DNA from: Planctomycetota bacterium
Lineage (GTDB): Bacteria > Planctomycetota > SZUA-567 > H5-PLA8
Direction of reading: 5' to 3'
Assembly (NCBI GenBank): GCA_045863855.1
Contig: BTVV01000154.1
Span: forward strand, 1-13,207
DNA: 13,207 nt
Shown: positions 1-5,595 of the stretch, piece after piece
Layout of the letters: each line of letters opens with the position of its first letter
Numbering within the stretch: the first letter of the stretch is position 1
The notes under the pieces: model-generated
Databases searched by the model: none
The model's input: only the letters and a program-made list of their open reading frames with translations
Told to the model about the DNA's origin: nothing
Program-made: the position numbers and the translations under genes

Positions 1-124
1 CGATGATCGCCACTACGTCGTTGGTGACGAGGTCCGCGCCCAAGGCTTTGAACACCCGTGGGTGTATCTTGAATGGCAACCTCTCTGCCTTGTCACTTAG
101 ACCGGCTGGAGTGTTTTTTGCCAC
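1..124 (-). CDS. N-terminus of a GHKL (HATPase_c_3/MORC-like) ATP-binding protein, truncated by the window edge
   Basis: Not in the ORF track; translated by hand from the GTG at 124: MAKNTPAGLSDKAERLPFKIHPRVFKALGADLVTNDVVAII. This matches the F-x-(V/I)-x-x-R...LG-x-x-L-x-x-x-x-x-x-A-x-x-EL-x-x-N lead-in to GHKL motif I. The GTG directly follows the methyltransferase TGA (TGAGTG). Confidence 0.8.
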   Translation of the reverse strand, partial: MAKNTPAGLSDKAERLPFKIHPRVFKALGADLVTNDVVAII

Positions 125-1195
125 TCAACGACTCCTTACTGCGCCGACGCGATTGCCGTAGCCGGATAGAAGTCCCTTTGCATGATACTTGATAAACGTC
201 GGCGGCAGAGCATTCCCAAGCATTCTGGCCAATTTGACCTTTCCAAGCGTTTCAGGGAATTTGTAAGTCATCGGGAACGACTGAAGTAGCGCGGCCTCAC
301 GCATGGTAATCGATCGATTTGCCGAAGGGTGAAGGAAGCGACCCTTTGAAGGGTTGAAGCAGCCAGTCGTAATAGTCGGCGCCGGATCGTCCCACGCCAT
401 GCGCCCGTAAACATCCTTGAATCCGTCGGAATGCTTATGGCATTTGAGTCGAAGGCGACCAGGCAAAGACGCACGGCTGCCGCCGTTGCAAGGTACGCAC
501 TTTATGCGTTCAATTACTGTGCGGGAACGCTTCTCGGGAAGGTCGTGCAACGCATCGCCGCTCTTTCCGGCCCTAGGAAGCGACCCGATCGCGTCACGTA
601 CGGTTCGAACATACTTGGCCGGTCGAGCAAACTTTACCAACGAAATGCGGCTCGCCAGGAGCACCATCCGACGACGGCGCTGCGGGACGCCGAATTGCGC
701 GACATTAAACACATCTACTTCGACGTCGTAACCCGCTCCTTCCAGCACCGACGTGAACTTCTTTAGCCGACTGTTTCGAAACAATCCCGGTACGTTCTCC
801 ATCATGACCCACTTGGGCTTGAGGCCGAGCACCAGTCGCTGAAACTCGAAAATCAGATCGTTCTGCCTGTCGCGCGTCCACCGATTGCCGTTGTAGGTCC
901 GCAGGGTCGAAAAGCCCTGACATGGCGGGCATCCTCCAAGAAGGTCTAGTTGACCCTTTCGAAGTCCGAGCGCCTTGAGGATCTCGGAAGATGAAACCTC
1001 ACGTATATCTTTATTCCAGGTATGGACCCGCTTGTGATTCGCTCGATACGCGGCGATAGCTTCCGCATCGATCTCGATCGCGCCGACGACCTTGTACCCA
1101 GCTCGTCGCAGCCCAAGCGACATGCCGCCGCAACCAGCGAAACAGTCAATCGCAAGCGGCTTGGAAAGCTTAATACGCTTACTCTTTTTAGCCAT
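125..1195 (-). CDS. DNA (cytosine-5)-methyltransferase
   Basis: Motif I FAGCGG, motif IV GCPPCQGFS, motif VI ENVPG, motif VIII QRRRR, motif IX RSITMREAALLQSFP and motif X GNALPP. Start placed at ATG 1195; the ORF track begins at GTG 1201. Confidence 0.97.
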   Translation of the reverse strand: MAKKSKRIKLSKPLAIDCFAGCGGMSLGLRRAGYKVVGAIEIDAEAIAAYRANHKRVHTWNKDIREVSSSEILKALGLRKGQLDLLGGCPPCQGFSTLRTYNGNRWTRDRQNDLIFEFQRLVLGLKPKWVMMENVPGLFRNSRLKKFTSVLEGAGYDVEVDVFNVAQFGVPQRRRRMVLLASRISLVKFARPAKYVRTVRDAIGSLPRAGKSGDALHDLPEKRSRTVIERIKCVPCNGGSRASLPGRLRLKCHKHSDGFKDVYGRMAWDDPAPTITTGCFNPSKGRFLHPSANRSITMREAALLQSFPMTYKFPETLGKVKLARMLGNALPPTFIKYHAKGLLSGYGNRVGAVRSR

Positions 1196-1203
1196 GATCA
1201 CTT

Positions 1204-1212
1204 AGAATATCA
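1204..1212 (-). promoter_or_regulatory. Putative extended -10 promoter (TGnTATTCT) of the methyltransferase
   Basis: The minus strand reads TGATATTCT-aagtgatc-ATG, with no Shine-Dalgarno before the start. Confidence 0.4.
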
Positions 1213-1380
1213 TATTCAACCAATTTGGCATGGCGCTTTCTCCATGTCCTCCGGAGTGTGTACCGACGTGCGGCGGGTGACCCTGCGCAGAGGGTGAGGA
1301 AAACAGGTACAGAAAACCGTTTCTCGCACATTCTCACCTTCCTATCGAAATCAACCGAGTACCGGTAAACAAATACCCCC

Positions 1381-2166
1381 CTACCCCTGCTCCGCCAGAT
1401 ACATCAACGACGCCGGCGTCGTCAACGTCTCCCCCGTCTCCAGGTACGTCTTCAAACCGGAGAGCAGCATCGGCCAGCCGCCGTAAAGCTGGCTGTTCGC
1501 CCCCTCGCGCAGCCGGTCGTGAATCACCGTCAGCCGGCACGAATCGCCCACCGGCTCGATCTCCCACGTCACCCGCGACGTCCCCTCCCCTTTAATCTCC
1601 TCGCTCCAAAGCGCCCGATAGCTCTGCACCAGCTTGCGCGGCGGATCGACCTCCACATTCTCCCCTTCGAAGATCGACAGGCCCGGGCTGCGCGTCAGCT
1701 CCGTCGCGCGCCCGGTATAACCCGAGCCGGCCTTCCAGTCGCTGTACACCCCCACGCCGAACGAAAACCGCTTGCGCCGTTCCGGATCGGTGATCGCCGC
1801 CCACAGCCGCTCCGGCGTCGTCTTGATGTAAATCTCGAATACCTTTTCCATGGTTCGCTCCAGGTCCTGTTTCAGTTCGCTAAGCGCCGAGACCCATGGC
1901 TCGGTGTACTTGTCGATCCAGCGGTCGTGAATCAGCCGGATCGGGACCGCGTTGAGGAAATGCCGCTTCGTCCGGCCCTCGCGCCGCGTCACGACCAAGC
2001 GCGCGGCCTCCAAGATGCGCAGATGCTTCATCGCGCCGAAGCGCGTCATCGCCAACTGCGAGGCCAGTTCCGTCAGCGTCCGCCCGTCGCGCTTGCGCAA
2101 CGCATCCAGCAAGAAGCGCCGCGTCGGGTCCGCCAGAGCCTTGAAGACGCGATCGTCCCGCTTCAT
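1381..2166 (-). CDS. ArsR/SmtB-family HTH regulator fused to an SRPBCC (AHSA1/START-like) domain
   Basis: N-terminal FKALADPTRR...KHLRILEAARLV...GR (ArsR wHTH). C-terminal IYIKTTPERLWAAITD...GGWPMLLSGLKTYLE (SRPBCC). Start placed at ATG 2166 because the ATG at 2175 overlaps the -10 box. Confidence 0.93.
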   Translation of the reverse strand: MKRDDRVFKALADPTRRFLLDALRKRDGRTLTELASQLAMTRFGAMKHLRILEAARLVVTRREGRTKRHFLNAVPIRLIHDRWIDKYTEPWVSALSELKQDLERTMEKVFEIYIKTTPERLWAAITDPERRKRFSFGVGVYSDWKAGSGYTGRATELTRSPGLSIFEGENVEVDPPRKLVQSYRALWSEEIKGEGTSRVTWEIEPVGDSCRLTVIHDRLREGANSQLYGGWPMLLSGLKTYLETGETLTTPASLMYLAEQG

Positions 2167-2173
2167 GCGCGCC

Positions 2174-2201
2174 ATTATGTGACCAAACGGTCACGTGTCA
2201 A
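2174..2201 (-). promoter_or_regulatory. Sigma70-type promoter with a palindromic ArsR-type operator in the spacer
   Basis: Minus strand TTGACA (2201-2196), 16 nt, CATAAT (2179-2174). The inverted repeat GTGACC-N4-GGTCAC at 2179-2194 fills the spacer. Confidence 0.8.
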
Positions 2202-2235
2202 GAGGCTTCTAATCTCGTTATCGGCATCCAAGCGA

Positions 2236-2414
2236 AGAGCGGAGCCATTCGAACCCGGGACCTTTCCATGATCGGATCAGCCCTAGGCACCGGTGAGCCA
2301 GCGGCGGCTTGCCCGCCGCTGGACGCTGACCTGGAAGCCGTGCAACGGCAGCAAGCTGCCGCCGGCACACCCGTTTTCGAACGGCCCTTTCCGATAACCG
2401 AAAGGCTCCGCCCC
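2236..2414 (-). ncRNA. Candidate structured RNA, family not recognised
   Basis: 11-bp closing stem GGGGCGGAGCC/GGCUCCGCUCU. Hairpins at 2371-2384, 2340-2368 and 2298-2322, plus an internal helix 2325-2336 with 2264-2281. Most non-Watson-Crick positions are G-U on the minus strand (A-C on plus). Confidence 0.55.
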
Positions 2415-2814
2415 GGCCGCCCCCGCGTTCCCTACGGCGCCCTTCGAGTTCCCGCCCTTCGCACAATCCCCGACCGCGCACGCACCGTTCAAGCCTCCAC
2501 CATCGCGCAGCCGCCGCCTGCCTTCGGCGCCTCGTGCATAGCCGTCCGCGCGGCATGCACCTGCACGCGTGCATTTACGCTTTGCAGCAGCGATTTATAG
2601 CAGTTTTATAGCAAGATCGATTTTTTGCCCTACGTGCGCGAGGTGGTATAGATCGCTTCTTTGCTCCCATAACTCCTTAAAACTCGTCCGAAATTTCGCC
2701 GCACAAGAGCACCCCCCGCCACGCCGTTCATGCTTCAAAACAGGCTCCAAATAGCTTCCAAGCGCCTCCATCGAGGCATCCTAATATATACCTTATATAA
2801 CCGACCGGCCGGAC

Positions 2815-2830
2815 TGTTCCACGTGGAACA
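2815..2830. promoter_or_regulatory. parS: parS centromere-like site (ParB/Spo0J binding)
   Basis: Perfect 16-bp palindrome TGTTCCACGTGGAACA, matching the chromosomal parS consensus, in a non-coding region. Confidence 0.9.
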
Positions 2831-3262
2831 TTTGCCCTTTTCAGGCCGAGTTTCCAGCTCGCCCCCGCGAACAGAACGCCGCCCCCGCCGGCGCGACAGG
2901 GCTCCCCCAAGCCCTGCCCAGCCGCCAAGTCGGCCCGCCTCCGGCCTTCGCCCTGCGATCTTTCATTTAGTGCATCCCATTTGCCATCAAGCATTTACAG
3001 AACGGTCACCGACTTTCCGCACATTCCTTAAAGGGCGCGCTCCGGCGCGGCGTCTCTGCCACGGAATAAGTACCCGCTCGAGCCCCGGTTTTCGGGGGAC
3101 AGCCGCAACGGGGACGGTACGCGTGCACGGCTCGGACGGAACGCAGGAATGACGCTTGAAGGCTCCTTAAGCGGCCCCTTATCCTGGGCCACGGCGATCG
3201 GGCAGCGCGCCTCTGGGCGGCGCTCGAAGAACGTCTTGGCGCATCGGGATTTAGGAGCCCCA

Positions 3263-3904
3263 TTGTCCAGCGATTCGCAACGCTCGGCGGCCCATTCCGA
3301 AGCCGCGGCGCCCGCCGACGCGAAGCTTTCCGCCCGGGAAGCGCTCGATAAGAAATTGCTCGGCCTGGTCGAACGCTTCCGCGCCGGCGACGACGCCGCG
3401 TTCGACGAACTCGCTCCGCTGGCCGGGCGCATGGCGTATCACTTGGCGCTCCGTTCCGTCGCCGACACCAATCTCGCCGAGGATGTTGCACAGGAAGCGC
3501 TGGTCAAGCTTTACAAGCACGTCCACGAGATGGAAGGCCTCGGCGCGTTTAAGACCTGGTTCTACCGCGTGGTCTTGAATCTGGTTCACGATCACTACCG
3601 CCGCAGCAGCCGTAAAGACGCGGCGCTGGGGACGTTGGAAGAAATGCGCGCGCTGGAAAACAAGGCGCGCGAGGAACCGCTCGGCGCGGTCGAACGCGAT
3701 ACGCTGCGGCAGTCGCTGCAGGAAGCGCTGGCGAGCTTGGACGACAAGCATCGCGAAGTCTTTGTCCTTAAAGAGGTAGAAGGGCTGGGCCACGCGGAGA
3801 TCGCCGAACGCCTGGGCGTGCCGGAAGGCACGGTCTGGTCGCGGCTGAGCTACGCGCGCAAGAAGTTGCAGGAGAAACTAAGGCGGCGCGGATACACGGG
3901 GTAG
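3263..3904 (+). CDS. ECF (RpoE/SigW-like) RNA polymerase sigma factor
   Basis: Region 2 AEDVAQEALVKLY...FKTWFYRVVLN and region 4 REVFVLKEVEGLGHAEIAERLGVPEGTVWSRLSYARKKL. Likely start is TTG 3263 after AGGAG (3253-3257); the ORF extends upstream to ATG 3149. Confidence 0.95.
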   Translation: MSSDSQRSAAHSEAAAPADAKLSAREALDKKLLGLVERFRAGDDAAFDELAPLAGRMAYHLALRSVADTNLAEDVAQEALVKLYKHVHEMEGLGAFKTWFYRVVLNLVHDHYRRSSRKDAALGTLEEMRALENKAREEPLGAVERDTLRQSLQEALASLDDKHREVFVLKEVEGLGHAEIAERLGVPEGTVWSRLSYARKKLQEKLRRRGYTG

Positions 3905-4011
3905 CGCGCCGCGGACGGCGTTCGGGTTCGCTCAACCGTTGGGGACGGAAGAGCGAAGGACACACAACCGGCGGCGTCGAATCAACGGGTAGGGAGTAGG
4001 AGACGAAGGAC

Positions 4012-5085
4012 GTGACGATGCCCGACTGTTCGAACTCGGCGGCGCCGGCTTGCACGGAAGTGCAGGCGGTGCTGAGCGATCTGCTGGATCTGCGAAGCGG
4101 ATCGAGTCATCCGCCCGAAGGGCCGCTCAGTGCGCCCGAAGCGCGCGCGGCGTACTTCGGTCACCTCGAGCGCTGCGCGGAATGCCGCTCGGAACTGGAA
4201 AGCTTGGCCGAAGTCGGCGCGCTGTATGCCGAATTCAACGTCGGCGAACTGCCGGCCCAGGCGTTCGAAACGATGGGCGCTCGAGTGCGCCAGCGCATGG
4301 CCGCCGAAGCCGGCGTGCGGCCGGTGCTGCGGCTGGCCGATGCCCCGGCCGCGGCCGTTCCGGTTCGGCCGCGCGGCTGGATGCCGATCTTCGCCACTGC
4401 CGCCGCCGCGGCGGCCTTGGCGCTCGTTGCGACGCTTTTCGTCGCCGACAGCCAGAACGGCGGCTCCAAAGAGCCCGCCGTTGTCCAAGCGGGAGCCGCT
4501 CCGGCGAACCCCGGGCCGCTGCCCAAGCGCTTCGAAAGCAGCCGGCCGGTCCGTCCGCTGGCGAACGTGCCGCTGGCGACGACGCCCGCGATGCCGGTGA
4601 CCCTGATGGTTCCGCGCGGGCCGCAAATGGTCAATCAGACCGTCGATCCCAGCGCGCTGCCCGGCCCCGATGAATTTATGCGCATGCTCGAACGCGAGTT
4701 CGAACGCCAGCGCTACGTGGGCGTGGGCGAATGCGCGAAGGCGCGGCCCAGCGGCGAGGCGGTCTGTCTCCTGGGCGCGGTCTTCCGCATCCAGCGTGCA
4801 GCCGAAGCGGCGGCCAAGTCGCCCCAAGGGATCGAAGTTTGGGATGTCTATCCGGGCAGCCCCGCCGATCAGGCCGGCCTGCACCGCGGCGACCGGATCC
4901 TGGGACTCAACGATTTGAAGTTCGAACAGAGTTCGCCGTGCGAAGTGATCAAGCTCTTGAACGCCCTCGAGAAGCTCGGCGCCGGCGAACTGGTGGAACT
5001 CGATTTCGCGCGCCGCGAAGCGGGTAACGGTCCCGAAGCCGGGCAGTGGTCGTGGCAGAAGTCGCTGATCGAACTTTCGAAATAG
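4012..5085 (+). CDS. Membrane anti-sigma factor: zf-HC2 (ZAS) domain, one TM helix, C-terminal PDZ domain
   Basis: C-x(n)-HLERCAEC zinc motif (His codon 4162), hydrophobic helix IFATAAAAAALALVATLFV, and PDZ signature GIEVWDVYPGSPADQAGLHRGDRILGLN. Lies directly downstream of the ECF gene. Start is GTG 4012 or ATG 4018. Confidence 0.85.
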   Translation: MTMPDCSNSAAPACTEVQAVLSDLLDLRSGSSHPPEGPLSAPEARAAYFGHLERCAECRSELESLAEVGALYAEFNVGELPAQAFETMGARVRQRMAAEAGVRPVLRLADAPAAAVPVRPRGWMPIFATAAAAAALALVATLFVADSQNGGSKEPAVVQAGAAPANPGPLPKRFESSRPVRPLANVPLATTPAMPVTLMVPRGPQMVNQTVDPSALPGPDEFMRMLEREFERQRYVGVGECAKARPSGEAVCLLGAVFRIQRAAEAAAKSPQGIEVWDVYPGSPADQAGLHRGDRILGLNDLKFEQSSPCEVIKLLNALEKLGAGELVELDFARREAGNGPEAGQWSWQKSLIELSK

Positions 5086-5114
5086 CCCTTAACCGCTTTA
5101 CTCCCTGTCGTACG

Positions 5115-5143
5115 GCGCCGCTCTCCCCAGCGGCGCTTTTTTT
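5115..5143 (+). terminator. Intrinsic terminator of the sigma/anti-sigma operon
   Basis: GCGCCGCT, 6-nt loop, AGCGGCGC, then T7, about 30 nt after the stop codon. Confidence 0.88.
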
Positions 5144-5367
5144 ATGCACCCGAACATCCATAACACTCTTCGTAGCGTACGCTTTCGATAACACCCTAAT
5201 TTTTTATTTTTACGAATTGACCTGTTATGAAACGAGGGTATGAATAGCCCCTGTCTCCAGAACCTGAAAACTGAATGCAGGCCCAATAAGGGCAAGCTGT
5301 TACTTTAGATCGTGCCGGTTGCGCGAGGTACTATCCCCCCCACTACTTCGTGTGGTCGCGCACGGTG

Positions 5368-5400
5368 AGGCCGGAGATCGCAAGATCTCCGGCCTTTTTT
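5368..5400 (+). terminator. Second intrinsic terminator with no credible CDS upstream
   Basis: Perfect 12-bp stem AGGCCGGAGATC-GCAA-GATCTCCGGCCT followed by a T run. Confidence 0.85.
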
Positions 5401-5595
5401 ATTGTTATGAGCTGCGCCTCCGCGCTCACCAACCGTTCTGGAATTCCTTTAAGCTTCAAGCGCTTAGCGCGTCCGTTCCCCGGTTGAATCGCCGGCTGCG
5501 GGGCCGTTTCGATTGACCGGAAGCGCCTCAATTCGGGTTGAACCCCTTTAGAGTTCCGGTACAGTCGCCAGTTCGTGCTTGGGTGGGGTCGCCTT

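Noticed and set aside
2443..2502. tRNA/tmRNA-like 3' fragments (TTCGAGTTCCCGCCCTTCGCACA and GCCTCCACCA)
   Set aside because: No T-stem pairing, cloverleaf or matching 5' end, and no integrase nearby, so it cannot be called a tRNA, tmRNA or att site.
2575..2830. oriC call
   Set aside because: AT-rich and next to parS, but no DnaA-box cluster or dnaA/dnaN gene is visible.
2218..3152. Short ORFs in the large intergenic region
   Set aside because: No RBS or protein-like composition; they overlap the RNA candidate and parS.
3149..3262. 38-aa N-terminal extension of the ECF sigma
   Set aside because: A better RBS precedes TTG 3263 and the extension has no domain features, though it is not excluded.
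2635..5329. TGCGCGAGGT repeated at 2635 and 5320, both intergenic
   Set aside because: A single GC-rich 10-mer match is plausible by chance, and the flanking spacing is not conserved.
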